Positions 8,721-19,307 of a stretch of DNA of 64,000 bases are shown here, in pieces. This DNA is from an uncultured Eubacteriales bacterium (GTDB lineage: Bacteria > Bacillota > Clostridia > Oscillospirales > CAG-272): contig CAJLCI010000001.1 in NCBI GenBank assembly GCA_905205065.1, forward strand, positions 124,690 through 188,689, read 5' to 3'. Below the pieces are notes generated by a model. It was not told the DNA's origin and made no database searches. It saw nothing but the letters and a program-made list of their open reading frames with translations. Every line of letters starts with the position of its first letter. The stretch's first letter is position 1. The position numbers and the translations under genes were made by a program.

Positions 8721-10472
8721 ATGGAAACAAAAAAAACGAGCGCAGTGGTAATTCCGCAAGACAATCCTGATTCCGGAATTTCGAGTGTATTTTCCCAATC
8801 TGACAGAAGAGATTGCAGACTTGTCACCGTATGCACAGTTAAGGATGAAAAGGAAGTCAGCGCCGAGATCTCTCTGCCGGATTACTATTCAAATGCAGAA
8901 AAAATACTTTTTGCGACTGCCGCCCCGTCAATAAACGACAAATATGCAGAGGGTGATAAAATTACATACAGCGGCAGCGTTACCTTCACAGTATACTTTA
9001 TAACATCAGAAAACGAGCTAAAATGCATTAGTTTTGACGGAAGCTTTGACGGAGATCCGACAGTCTGCACGCAGGAAAAAGGCGAAGAGGACACCACATA
9101 CACAGTAAATATCTTTCCGATATGCGGTTCTGTATCATACAGGCTGATAGGCCCGAGAAGAATAAGCGCAAAATGCAGGGTAGCCTCCGATATATGCGTA
9201 ACAGCTGAAAGAATATTTGAACCCGATATTTCCGGAGAGGGTGAATATGATACAGCCGTAACGCTTCAAAGAAAAAGCGATTCAGTAAGAACAATTTCCG
9301 AAACAAGCTTTTTTGAAGAAGATCTGAGATTCAGCGATGATATTGAAATTGAAAGCTCACTTCCACCGATTGCCGATATTATTTCATGCAGTATTTCTAT
9401 AATTCCGGAGGAGTGCAAGCAAAACGATGACACAATACAACTACGCGGATCGGTTATAGCGAACTGTCTTTGCATATCGGATACCGGCGAAATCATGTCA
9501 ATTCAAAAGAAGCTACCGATAGCGGAAACATTTGACGCACCCGAAACTGCGTTGGATAGCGACGAAACAAGCTGCTGGGCTGATATTACGGTTGCCGCGG
9601 TTACAGCTGAAGCTGCAGAAAACAGCTTCGGTGAGAAAAAAATTATAGAGCTTGATTTCACATACTCCGTCGAGATATTCTGCGTAACTGAAACAAGCAC
9701 AGAGCTAACCAGAGACATATATTCTACCGAATACAAAACCGACTCAGAATACAGAAAAGTTCCTATCTGCAAATTCAGCAGAATACTGACATCAAACTTT
9801 TCAATAAACGCCAGCACTCCGTTTGAAAGCACGGCGTCCGCATCCATCCAGACATCAGAGCAAAAATCCGGAGACAACGGAGAGGAGCCGGCACTTCTAT
9901 TAACAGAAGCGCCGCGAATTCCTCATGCCCCATCGGTTCTTTATTCTAATGCCTCTATTAAAGAAATGTCATCTGCCTTCGATGAACAAAAGTGTCGGAT
10001 AACAATATCAGGTACTGCAGAAATCTACATGATTATAAACGACAACGGAAATACGCGCGGAATTTGTTTTGAAACTCCGTTTAAAAACGAACTCGACGGG
10101 TACGGAATGACAGGAAACATAATATCTTCCGCTTCCTGTGCCTGCCAGACCGTTCACGGACGTGCCGACACATCTACGGTATATGCAGACTTTGAAGTTA
10201 TATTATACGTCACGGCTTTCTCTGTATCAGACGAAGAAATAATTGATAAGGTAGCCCTTGATAAAGCATCAAAATTCGATCCGATGAGCCGTCCGCCGAT
10301 TTTGATATACTATCCTCACCGCGGAGAAAGTTTATGGGAAATAGCAAAGAAATACAGCACCACGGTAAACGCATTACGAGAGGTAAACCATATACAGGGA
10401 GATGTATCTCCGGATGACTCGGTAATGATTATCCCACGTCATTCGTCTCCGGGAAAGAATTCAAAGAAATAA
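8721..10472 (+). CDS. SipL/SpoVID-like sporulation protein (DUF3794 repeats plus a C-terminal LysM domain)
   Basis: A strong RBS (AAAGGAG) precedes METKKT. The C-terminal LysM reads YYPHRGESLWEIAKKYSTTVNALREVNHI. The architecture matches the clostridial SpoIVA-interacting protein. Confidence 0.65.
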   Translation: METKKTSAVVIPQDNPDSGISSVFSQSDRRDCRLVTVCTVKDEKEVSAEISLPDYYSNAEKILFATAAPSINDKYAEGDKITYSGSVTFTVYFITSENELKCISFDGSFDGDPTVCTQEKGEEDTTYTVNIFPICGSVSYRLIGPRRISAKCRVASDICVTAERIFEPDISGEGEYDTAVTLQRKSDSVRTISETSFFEEDLRFSDDIEIESSLPPIADIISCSISIIPEECKQNDDTIQLRGSVIANCLCISDTGEIMSIQKKLPIAETFDAPETALDSDETSCWADITVAAVTAEAAENSFGEKKIIELDFTYSVEIFCVTETSTELTRDIYSTEYKTDSEYRKVPICKFSRILTSNFSINASTPFESTASASIQTSEQKSGDNGEEPALLLTEAPRIPHAPSVLYSNASIKEMSSAFDEQKCRITISGTAEIYMIINDNGNTRGICFETPFKNELDGYGMTGNIISSASCACQTVHGRADTSTVYADFEVILYVTAFSVSDEEIIDKVALDKASKFDPMSRPPILIYYPHRGESLWEIAKKYSTTVNALREVNHIQGDVSPDDSVMIIPRHSSPGKNSKK

Positions 10473-10608
10473 AGCGGAATAACCTATGCTTAAAACTCTG
10501 ATAACAGAAATTCAATCCTGATTGAACATATTCTTAAAGCTAATAATCACAAAAAAAAATGAGGCCGGCACTGTACTCCGGCGGAAATAAAGATATTTTT
10601 TAGAACTA

Positions 10609-10646
10609 CGGTGTAGTTTCCTCACGGAACTACACCGTTTCTTTTT
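10609..10646 (+). terminator. Intrinsic terminator
   Basis: The stem cggtgtagtt/aactacaccg is followed by TTTCTTTTT. Confidence 0.7.
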
Positions 10647-10963
10647 CAATAGCAAGCGTTCTCCCCGCTTTTACTCACCTTTCACTTTTTGAATATATCT
10701 GTTGGCATGTTAGTCATTTTCTTGAGCTATTCATTGATAGCCATTACCGCATCCGATATACTATATAAACTATGTATATTTAGACCGTATTGCCTTTCTT
10801 CATTTGACCATCTAAATCTCCATTCCTGATCTTATCCCGCTTACCTTTTAAATTCTCTGCTGAGATACTTTTTCTTTCCCTCGACATTATAAAATTCCCT
10901 TATTATAGGCTTGAAACATATTTTGCTATTTTAAATATTTACTCTAATGGAATTTTATCTAAA

Positions 10964-12028
10964 TCAGATCCTTAAATCATTTTTACCATATATACGTTTA
11001 TTAAAGGCAGCTTTTATCAGATTCCATATCATACAGCTCCCAAAAGACAAAATATAAACACATACTATACGAATAATATATCTTATTCCAATATCGCTTA
11101 TGCCGAAAAGCTCCATTCGATAGTTTATCCGAGCTATCGCAAGGCAATGACACAGATAAACAAGATACGTAGCGCGATCGGCGGAGGCAATGAAGTGCGG
11201 CATATTCTTCGTATTACGAGAAATAAAATCAAAGAAATACAATGTGAATAATATAGCCCCTATACAATATACTGTATGGTAAATTTCAGCTGCTGCATAA
11301 CCTATGCGAGAAATAAAAACATAAGATAACACATCAATAATAGCAAGTACTATAAAGCCCAAAGTAACAGGCACTCCCAATCGCTTTATACGTGACATAA
11401 ATGATGTATAGTGCTTACCAACGACACAACCAAAAACAAAATAGAATAAATAAGAAGTAAACACACGATCAATATATATAAAATTCTCACATATCCCACT
11501 TACACGTAAAAGCGGAACAAGTCCGCGCCATAGGATAAGCATTAGTACAAAAGAAGCAACAAGAAGTGGAATCGTTTTAACTTTCTCTAAAAGCTTTATA
11601 AACAATGGCGCAAGAAGATAAAACTGCGTGATAATAATCACAAAATAAAATGGGCTCACAAGATCTCCAACAAGGACATAGCGGAAAAAGTCACTGAACC
11701 GGAATGGAAAATATCCTATGCTAACATAATAGCAATAATATATGAGCACCCAAAGAATATATGGTAAAATTATGCTCTTTACACGCTTACACCAAAAAGC
11801 AACTGTATCAAAAGGTTCTCTCATATTCAAAAAAAGCTTCACCCCAGATAGAAAAATAAATCCCTGAACTACAAAAGCGGAAAGTCGCCATGGTATCATT
11901 ACAGCAAAATACTGAAGAGACGAGCGTTCAAGAGTCGTGACAGGCTCGCTCGACACATGGATAAATACGACAAGCACACAGTAAAACAGATTCATATATG
12001 ATAATTCGGAAAGTCTTTTTTGTTTCAT
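10964..12028 (-). CDS. Acyltransferase family 3 membrane protein
   Basis: The 354-aa ORF is polytopic. Its N-terminus (NLFYCVLVVFIHV) is typical of the OafA/acyltransferase_3 family. Confidence 0.8.
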   Translation of the reverse strand: MKQKRLSELSYMNLFYCVLVVFIHVSSEPVTTLERSSLQYFAVMIPWRLSAFVVQGFIFLSGVKLFLNMREPFDTVAFWCKRVKSIILPYILWVLIYYCYYVSIGYFPFRFSDFFRYVLVGDLVSPFYFVIIITQFYLLAPLFIKLLEKVKTIPLLVASFVLMLILWRGLVPLLRVSGICENFIYIDRVFTSYLFYFVFGCVVGKHYTSFMSRIKRLGVPVTLGFIVLAIIDVLSYVFISRIGYAAAEIYHTVYCIGAILFTLYFFDFISRNTKNMPHFIASADRATYLVYLCHCLAIARINYRMELFGISDIGIRYIIRIVCVYILSFGSCMIWNLIKAAFNKRIYGKNDLRI

Positions 12029-12346
12029 TTGTCCACCTCTTAAAGCGTTAGGACGAAAAATGTTTTAACATCTATCATCATAACAAAAAATTTTTATTTA
12101 CACGGTATATTATTGTCTTAATATCGATATGCTCTGATTTCTTACATATTTTAGGTATATCTCTCAACTAAAAGTATGTAGTTGAACCGAAAGAAGCAAA
12201 TTACTCTCTAATCTATCCTAATTTTAGTACATACTGATCACGGCTAAACTATCACTTCTGATGCCCAATGGTCAAAGTCACCTTATGTTACTGTTCACAA
12301 CTATCCGTTATTCATGTCTACCTGTTGCCCATTGTCGTCTACTGTT

Positions 12347-13300
12347 CTATGTGGCATTTTCGATAGCTTCCAAAGCATTCATAATTCCATCTGCAACCGT
12401 CTGCATAAGCTTTCTTCGTTCAGTCGTGCTGATAAGCCTCGCAGCGTCTTCTGCATTCGTTGCAAAGCCGGTTTCAAACAGCACCGACGGAACAGACGTA
12501 TATTTAGTCACAATAAACGCCTCATCCCAACTATCCTCCCATGTATAAAGCGTTTCAAAAGGATAGGCACTTTTTACAGCGTCTATTATGGTGTCAAAGA
12601 AAATTTTAGAAACGGAAGAACTTTCATTTTCCGCGCAGTAATCAATTTCAAAACCGGAATAATCTGGATTGTTTTCCATTGCATTTACATGAATTGAGAT
12701 AAAAAAATCAACCGCGTTTATCTTTGAAAGATAATTTGCGTAAATCGTTCTCTCGTACGCACTGAAAATATTGTTATCAACACATTTATCTATATTGTAT
12801 TCAATATCGTAATAATCTGCAAACGCCGTCAGCTCAGTCAATGACGGAAAGCTCTTTCCGTCATGAAGCATAATCACATTCACACCGTACCCTTCAAGAA
12901 TACTTCGAAGCTCTTCCGCCATAGTCAGAGTTAGCTCCTTTTCGGTAAAATCTCCGATTAAATCCGAAGAACATCCTTCATCGGTAAAACCGTGTCCCGG
13001 ATCTACGATAACAGTATACACGCTGCGAACGGACGGATCATCATCTATGGATTCAGTTGAACCGACAGTCTCAAAAGCATCCGGCTTAGAAGTTGTTCTT
13101 TCATCAGTCTGAATACCCGCATTTGTCACCGCCGGCATGCTATCAGTATCTCCGGAATTCGCCTCTTCGGTCTGTGCCAATGCGGGCAAGCCATGCTGAG
13201 AAAATATCGACATAATTCTTCCTATCAAAACCGTAAACAAAGTTACTCCGGCGATAACTAAAATAGCTGCAATCAATATTATAATTATTTTTCGACTCAT
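12347..13300 (-). CDS. N-acetylmuramoyl-L-alanine amidase (Amidase_3), membrane anchored
   Basis: It has an N-terminal TM helix plus the motifs VIVDPGHGFTDEG and FISIHVNA. Confidence 0.85.
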   Translation of the reverse strand: MSRKIIIILIAAILVIAGVTLFTVLIGRIMSIFSQHGLPALAQTEEANSGDTDSMPAVTNAGIQTDERTTSKPDAFETVGSTESIDDDPSVRSVYTVIVDPGHGFTDEGCSSDLIGDFTEKELTLTMAEELRSILEGYGVNVIMLHDGKSFPSLTELTAFADYYDIEYNIDKCVDNNIFSAYERTIYANYLSKINAVDFFISIHVNAMENNPDYSGFEIDYCAENESSSVSKIFFDTIIDAVKSAYPFETLYTWEDSWDEAFIVTKYTSVPSVLFETGFATNAEDAARLISTTERRKLMQTVADGIMNALEAIENAT

Positions 13301-13314
13301 AGTCTCTCACTTAC

Positions 13315-14217
13315 TTATTTTATTTCTATGATAAACTCAGCTCTCTTGATTTCTCCGGATTTAAGATGTATCATATCGCGCTTGGTTTCCAGCTTATCGA
13401 TCACACTGTCGTACGCAGGAACACTCGTCCATGGTTCAATACACACAAAAGGCGCTTCGGTATATGGTTTATGCCAGAACCCGATATATTTCATATCCGG
13501 ATAGCTTACACACACAGATTTTCCGCCGTTTTTGCTTTTGAGTGTCACCTCGCCTGAGGTTTCCGAAAGAAAAATGGCGTCATGATCAAACATATTGTGG
13601 CGCAGCGGAATTATGTACCCGTTTTCCAAAGGAAAATCTTCATAATCAGGAAGTGTATAGCATGTTTCACTCATAGCAAGCTTTTTAACACCGTACGTAG
13701 GTTTTGAAAATTCAAGTCTGTAATCTTCAAAACAATCTCCGGAATTCAGCGGAACATTAAATCCCGGATGCCCTCCAAGTGCAAAAATTAACTCGCCATT
13801 CCCAGAATTATAGACCTCATAAACGGTCTTGAGTCTGCTGCCGTCAAGTATATAACTCACAACATAACGAAAATCAAAAGGATAGACAGCTTTTGTACTT
13901 TCATCCGAGATAAGTTCAAACGAAAGCTCACCGGCTTCCCTCTTTATAAGTGAAAACTCACTGTCACGGGCAAATCCATGCAGATTCATTTCATACGTTT
14001 TTCCGTTATACGTATATTTTCCTTCGGTAAGACGGCCGCATATCGGAAAAAGATTATACGAACGACCCGACCAGTATTCAGAATCGCCCTGCCATAAATA
14101 TTCGCATCCATCTGCTTTAGTTTTAATAGAATACAGCTCTGCACCTATGCTATTTATGACAACAGAAATTACATCGTTTTCTAATGTGTATAGTTTCAAA
14201 ATAATCAATCCTTTCAT
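13315..14217 (-). CDS. Aldose 1-epimerase family protein (LacX-like)
   Basis: The galactose mutarotase-like motifs (NLFPICGR, HGFAR, GGHPGFN) are present. The start is uncertain: ATG at 14217, or TTG at 14199, which has the better RBS spacing. Confidence 0.8.
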   Translation of the reverse strand: MKGLIILKLYTLENDVISVVINSIGAELYSIKTKADGCEYLWQGDSEYWSGRSYNLFPICGRLTEGKYTYNGKTYEMNLHGFARDSEFSLIKREAGELSFELISDESTKAVYPFDFRYVVSYILDGSRLKTVYEVYNSGNGELIFALGGHPGFNVPLNSGDCFEDYRLEFSKPTYGVKKLAMSETCYTLPDYEDFPLENGYIIPLRHNMFDHDAIFLSETSGEVTLKSKNGGKSVCVSYPDMKYIGFWHKPYTEAPFVCIEPWTSVPAYDSVIDKLETKRDMIHLKSGEIKRAEFIIEIK

Positions 14218-14608
14218 TATTTGTTTCAATATAGTAAAAACCTTAAGAAAATGTTTCGACGGATTACAACGTTCAAAACATAAAATGCGGCCGGCACCTG
14301 CAGATGTCAGCAAAGATAAATACTTCCATATTGTAAGAATTGTAAGAACATCAGAGTTTAGTTATTATAAAAGACACTTTCTGCATGCGACAAAATCTGT
14401 CATATATATTAATTAACTGTCCGTACTTTGTCAGTATATCATACTTTTTTAATATATGCAATATTTTTTGTCTTATCCCAAATGAAATTATTTAAGGTAT
14501 TTTGTTTTGATTTATCTATAATTTGGACAAATCATTCTTCAGTACGTCAGACACAGAGTTAAAGACACTCATTATAAAATATATAATGAAAAAAATTATC
14601 TTATTTGG

Positions 14609-14637
14609 TTGACAAATAAAGAAAAATATGTTAAACT
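14609..14637 (+). promoter_or_regulatory. Putative promoter of the pyr salvage operon (TTGACA-17-TAAACT)
   Basis: The hexamers were read directly and lie upstream of the PyrR attenuator. Confidence 0.5.
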
Positions 14638-14647
14638 TCTTAAAAAC

Positions 14648-14767
14648 AGAATCTTTAACTGCGGTACAGAGAGACCGATAAGATTTTACAATAAATCAGA
14701 CATGATATAAAAACGTCTGCATTCAAATTATCAAATCTTACAGTCCTCAAAGCTGTAAGATTTTTTA
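14648..14767 (+). promoter_or_regulatory. PyrR-binding attenuator (binding loop plus intrinsic terminator)
   Basis: aatctttaactgcggtACAGAGAGaccgataagatt resembles the PyrR binding-loop consensus (..CAGAGAG..). It is followed by the terminator atcttacag/ctgtaagat plus TTTTTT. Confidence 0.7.
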
Positions 14768-14870
14768 TGTCATTGCGCGTCAGAAATGAAAACTAACTAA
14801 AAAACATACAATCACAGATATGTATACCAAATCATAAAAGCAAAATTTATATGAGAGGATTCTATTTCGG

Positions 14871-15419
14871 ATGTCTGTATTAAAAGCAACCATAATGGAC
14901 GAAGGAACGCTTCACAGAACTGTTAGACGAATTTCTTATGAAATTGTAGAAAAAAACAAGGGAACCGAAAACATCTGCCTTGTCGGAATTAAACGCCGCG
15001 GGGAAGTTCTTGCGCAGATGATTGCGAAAAATATAAAACAGACAGATGGAGCGGAAGTTCCGTGCGGCTCGCTCGATATCAGCCTTTACCGTGACGATTT
15101 AAACAGTATTTCAGAAAGTGAAGCTGATACTCCCGTAATTAGAAAATCATGCCTTCCGTTTGAAATTGTAAATAAAAACGTAATTATAGTCGATGATGTA
15201 CTTTATACCGGAAGGACGGTAAGATCTGCAATAGACGCTGTTTTTACCATGGGCAGACCTAAGGCAATCCGTCTCGCAATTTTGATTGACAGGGGACACC
15301 GCGAGCTCCCGATACGGGCGGATTATATCGGAAAAAGTATACCGACATCGGCAAGCGAACGGGTTTCGGTTATGCTGCCTCCTTATGATTCCGATACGGG
15401 AGTAGTTTTATACGGATAA
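14871..15419 (+). CDS. pyrR: Bifunctional pyrimidine operon regulator / uracil phosphoribosyltransferase PyrR
   Basis: The 182-aa ORF carries the PRPP-binding motif VIIVDDVLYTGRT and is PyrR-like over its full length. Confidence 0.95.
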   Translation: MSVLKATIMDEGTLHRTVRRISYEIVEKNKGTENICLVGIKRRGEVLAQMIAKNIKQTDGAEVPCGSLDISLYRDDLNSISESEADTPVIRKSCLPFEIVNKNVIIVDDVLYTGRTVRSAIDAVFTMGRPKAIRLAILIDRGHRELPIRADYIGKSIPTSASERVSVMLPPYDSDTGVVLYG

Positions 15420-15535
15420 TAAACGTATCCGAGGTATCCAGTGCGTCAGCGGTTCGCAAACCGTCAGCGCGGTTTATAATGATATATAATACATATGTAT
15501 TCTATATAAAACATATAATTAACGGAGGATTATTT

Positions 15536-16870
15536 ATGGAAATAATCTATAAGGTAAATCAAAAACCAAAATTTGGACAGCTGATAATATTCGCTCTGCA
15601 GCAGCTGCTGGCAATTCTTGCGGCAACAATCGCCGTTCCCGCAATCGTCGGAAACGGTATGTCAACATCCGCGGCGTTGTTTGGCGCAGGTGCAGGAACG
15701 ATTATCTATCTTCTTTTCACAAAATTTAAAAGTCCGGTGTTTTTAGGTTCTTCCTTTGCGTTTTTAGGTTCTATGTTTGCCGCCTTTGCGGGTGCGGTTT
15801 CGCTTGAAGTTGGATATGCGGGACTTATTATAGGAGCAGCATTTGCAGGCATTGTATATGTGGCAATTGCCGTTGTAGTCAAATTTGTAGGTGTAAAGTG
15901 GATAGACAAGCTTATGCCTGCGGTTGTAATCGGTCCTACTGTTGCAATTATAGGACTTTCACTTGCAGGAAACGCTGTCGGAGACTCTCTCAGCGTGTCA
16001 TTGAACGCAGACGGCGTATTCGAGATGAATTTACACTCCGCGCTCTGTCTCATCTGCGCGCTTGTAACTCTGATAACCGTAATGCTCTGCTCCGTTTACG
16101 GAAAGAAAATGGTAAAACTTATACCATTCATAATAGGTATCGCGGCAGGTTATATTCTTGCGACAGTTTTTACACTGATTGGAAATGCTCAGGGCATTGA
16201 AGCAATGCAGATTATTGATTTTTCACGTTTTAAAAACATGCAGTGGTATCCTGACTTTACATTTGTTACAGCATTTAAAGGACTTAAAAGCATTACCCCG
16301 TCATATATCGGAACAGTAGCCGTCGCATATGTTCCTGTCGCATTTGTAGTTTTTGCCGAGCACATCGCAGATCATAAAAATCTCTCGTCAATTATTGAAC
16401 AAAATCTTCTTGAAGAACCCGGTCTTTCAAGAACACTCCTCGGAGACGGAGTGGGCTCCATGGTAGGAGCATTCTTCGGCGGATGTCCTAATACCACATA
16501 CGGCGAATCTGTAGGATGCGTAGCTATAACCGGAAACGCATCAGTAATAACTATTGCGGCAACAGCCATCTTGGCGATTATCGCATCATTTATCGCTCCG
16601 TTTATAACCCTTCTTGCTACAATACCGTCATGTGTCATGGGCGGTGTATGCATATCTCTGTATGGATTTATTGCAGTCAGCGGTCTTAAAATGATTCAAA
16701 AAGTCAATCTTGACGATAACCATAACCTCTTTGTAGTTTCGGTTATTCTTATTGCAGGCATCGGCGGTATGTCACTCAAATTCGGAGCTGTTACACTGAC
16801 CGAAATTGCTACAGCGTTAATACTCGGAATTGTAGTAAATCTTATTCTCTCCGGAAAAAAAGCAAACTGA
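15536..16870 (+). CDS. pyrP: Uracil permease (NCS2 family)
   Basis: The protein is polytopic with NCS2 motifs, and it lies immediately downstream of pyrR. The start is taken at MEIIYK, which has a GGAGG RBS. The ORF track starts 19 codons earlier. Confidence 0.9.
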   Translation: MEIIYKVNQKPKFGQLIIFALQQLLAILAATIAVPAIVGNGMSTSAALFGAGAGTIIYLLFTKFKSPVFLGSSFAFLGSMFAAFAGAVSLEVGYAGLIIGAAFAGIVYVAIAVVVKFVGVKWIDKLMPAVVIGPTVAIIGLSLAGNAVGDSLSVSLNADGVFEMNLHSALCLICALVTLITVMLCSVYGKKMVKLIPFIIGIAAGYILATVFTLIGNAQGIEAMQIIDFSRFKNMQWYPDFTFVTAFKGLKSITPSYIGTVAVAYVPVAFVVFAEHIADHKNLSSIIEQNLLEEPGLSRTLLGDGVGSMVGAFFGGCPNTTYGESVGCVAITGNASVITIAATAILAIIASFIAPFITLLATIPSCVMGGVCISLYGFIAVSGLKMIQKVNLDDNHNLFVVSVILIAGIGGMSLKFGAVTLTEIATALILGIVVNLILSGKKAN

Positions 16871-16984
16871 ACATAGATATAAAGGACTATAAAACCATAA
16901 AAACGAATACAATTTTCGCACTGAAAAACGGCGGGTCTGACATAAAAGACCTATAGACTATGTACAAAAGGCATGGTAATTAAT

Positions 16985-17386
16985 ATGTGGGAAGAGATGT
17001 ATGAGAAAGCAAAAGAGATTCAGGCAAGACGAAGAATATCGCCTTATATTGAAACAGGCTCCGCGGCATCCGTCATTATGACAGACAAGGGCAATATTTA
17101 TCTCGGAATCAGTATTGACACGGGTACAGTAAACGGAATATGCTCTGAATTTAATGCTATCTCCAATATGATTACATATGGAGAAAGCAGGATAGTAAAA
17201 ATGCTGACAATTCTGCGTGACGGAGCAATAAGCACTCCATGCAACTCCTGCCTGGAATTTATCATGATGCTTAACAAGGACATTCAAAACATAGAAGTCC
17301 TTACCGATTATAATCCTATAAGCACAATAAAGCTCAGCAAACTGTGTCCGGAATGGTGGCTAAGCAATTCATTTCTGAAATTTTAA
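16985..17386 (+). CDS. Cytidine deaminase-like zinc enzyme
   Basis: The CSE and PCNSC motifs occupy the positions of the CDA zinc ligands. The gene sits in a pyrimidine salvage context. Confidence 0.65.
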   Translation: MWEEMYEKAKEIQARRRISPYIETGSAASVIMTDKGNIYLGISIDTGTVNGICSEFNAISNMITYGESRIVKMLTILRDGAISTPCNSCLEFIMMLNKDIQNIEVLTDYNPISTIKLSKLCPEWWLSNSFLKF

Positions 17387-17461
17387 TTACAATATAAAAC
17401 ACCCGATAAGGAAAGCTTCCGCGTCGGGTGTATACTTTGTATAACGGGTAGAGTCATAAAA

Positions 17462-18640
17462 ATGAAAACAAATTACAAAAAGACTATGTACGCCTGCTTT
17501 ATAGGCTATATAGTACAGGCAATCGTAAATAATTTTGTTCCGCTGCTGTTCGTAACATTTCAAAACAGTTATAATATATCACTGTCACAGGTAACGTCGC
17601 TGATTACGGTTAACTTTATAATACAGCTCCTTATCGACATGCTTTCGGCTGGATTCATAGATAAAATCGGCTACCGCGCATCGGCGGTAACAGCTCATGT
17701 ATTTGCCGCGTCGGGGCTGATTTTACTCACCGTTTTACCGGAATTATTACCGGACTCATTCTCAGGCATAATAATATCTGTTGTCATCTACGCCGTCGGC
17801 GGAGGTCTGCTTGAGGTTTTAGTCAGTCCGATCATTGAAGCATGCCCGACAGATAATAAGGAAAAAGCAATGAGTCTGCTTCACTCCTTTTACTGCTGGG
17901 GACACGTGGGAGTCATTTTGATTTCAACCGTATTTTTTTATATTGTAGGTATCTCCAACTGGAGGATATTAACTCTGATATGGGCTGTCATACCAATCGC
18001 AAATATATTTTTGTTTATTAAGGCACCGATTTATACTTTAAATGAAAACGGAAACCAAGGATTGGGTCTTAAAGAGCTCTTTAAGAAAAAAATATTTTGG
18101 ATACTAATGCTAATGATGATGAGCGCAGGCGCGAGTGAACAAGCTGTAAGTCAATGGGCCTCCGCATTTGCTGAAAAAGCTCTCGGCATCAGCAAGACCG
18201 CAGGAGATCTTGCAGGACCGATGACATTCGCCATACTTATGGGAACCGCAAGACTTATCTACGGAAAATACGGAGATAAGTTTAATTTGGATCGTTTTAT
18301 GAAATACAGCTGCATACTCTGTATTATTTCTTATTCATGTATATCTCTTATTCCCGTTCCTGCAATTTCCCTGCTCGGATGCGCGATCTGCGGATTTTCA
18401 GTCGGAATACTCTGGCCCGGAACGTTCAGCAAGGCTTCCGCTGCGATTCGGGGAGGTGGCACGGCATTATTTGCAATGCTCGCACTGGCAGGTGATTTCG
18501 GCTGTTCAGCAGGACCATCGCTCGCAGGATACATTTCAAGCGGGTTCGGTGGAAATCTCAAGGCGGGAATACTTGCAGCAACAGTTTTCCCTGTAATTCT
18601 TCTGATCAGTTTGTTTGCGCTTAACAGAAGCAAAGACTGA
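17462..18640 (+). CDS. MFS transporter
   Basis: The 392-aa ORF has about 12 predicted TM segments and an MFS-like layout. Confidence 0.85.
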   Translation: MKTNYKKTMYACFIGYIVQAIVNNFVPLLFVTFQNSYNISLSQVTSLITVNFIIQLLIDMLSAGFIDKIGYRASAVTAHVFAASGLILLTVLPELLPDSFSGIIISVVIYAVGGGLLEVLVSPIIEACPTDNKEKAMSLLHSFYCWGHVGVILISTVFFYIVGISNWRILTLIWAVIPIANIFLFIKAPIYTLNENGNQGLGLKELFKKKIFWILMLMMMSAGASEQAVSQWASAFAEKALGISKTAGDLAGPMTFAILMGTARLIYGKYGDKFNLDRFMKYSCILCIISYSCISLIPVPAISLLGCAICGFSVGILWPGTFSKASAAIRGGGTALFAMLALAGDFGCSAGPSLAGYISSGFGGNLKAGILAATVFPVILLISLFALNRSKD

Positions 18641-18826
18641 AAAAATTTGCAAATCCAGCATAACGAAAACACTAACATTTTATAAATATATAATTTAGTT
18701 TGAAAAAATGTGTAGACAAACGCATTTAAAAGTGATAGTATAAATTATATAAATTTTATGTTCTGATTTACCTTCGAAAAAAATTTGATTATTATCGAAC
18801 TAACCTGAAAACCAAGGAAACGATAT

Positions 18827-19129
18827 ATGAACTCAGAAAAAACAATCTATTCCGTGCTTGCCGAAATTATTGAAAACAGGCTCGGAATATCTTTTGAAAA
18901 TATAAGCGAAAATTCAAGACTTATCGAAGATCTCGGAGCAAGCTCTATTGATATAGTCATCATGCTATCGGATGCGGAGGACAGACTCGAAATTACAATT
19001 CCGGATGATATTTTATTATCCATGAAAACTGTTGGCAGAGCAGCGGCAAAAATATCAGAAATATCCGGACTTCCAAGCGGAGTCAAAACGGTACTTACCG
19101 AGTCAGAAGATAACTCGGAAGATCAGTAA
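18827..19129 (+). CDS. Stand-alone acyl/peptidyl carrier protein-like protein
   Basis: The 100-aa ORF contains IEDLGASSIDIVIML, which resembles the phosphopantetheine attachment motif (DLGxDS[LI]). It ends in an acidic C-terminal tail. Confidence 0.55.
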   Translation: MNSEKTIYSVLAEIIENRLGISFENISENSRLIEDLGASSIDIVIMLSDAEDRLEITIPDDILLSMKTVGRAAAKISEISGLPSGVKTVLTESEDNSEDQ

Positions 19130-19307
19130 AGTATTCAAATCTCTACAACTTTTAATATCCAATTAATATAAAAAACACAATCCTTACAAAAAGCTGCAGA
19201 AAATTCAGCAACTTATATTCCCGAAAAATTCTTCGGGTATTAACAAAAATTTGTACTAAGTCTGAATAAAATAGCTTTTCAGACAGACCGGAAAGGAATA
19301 GCAATAT

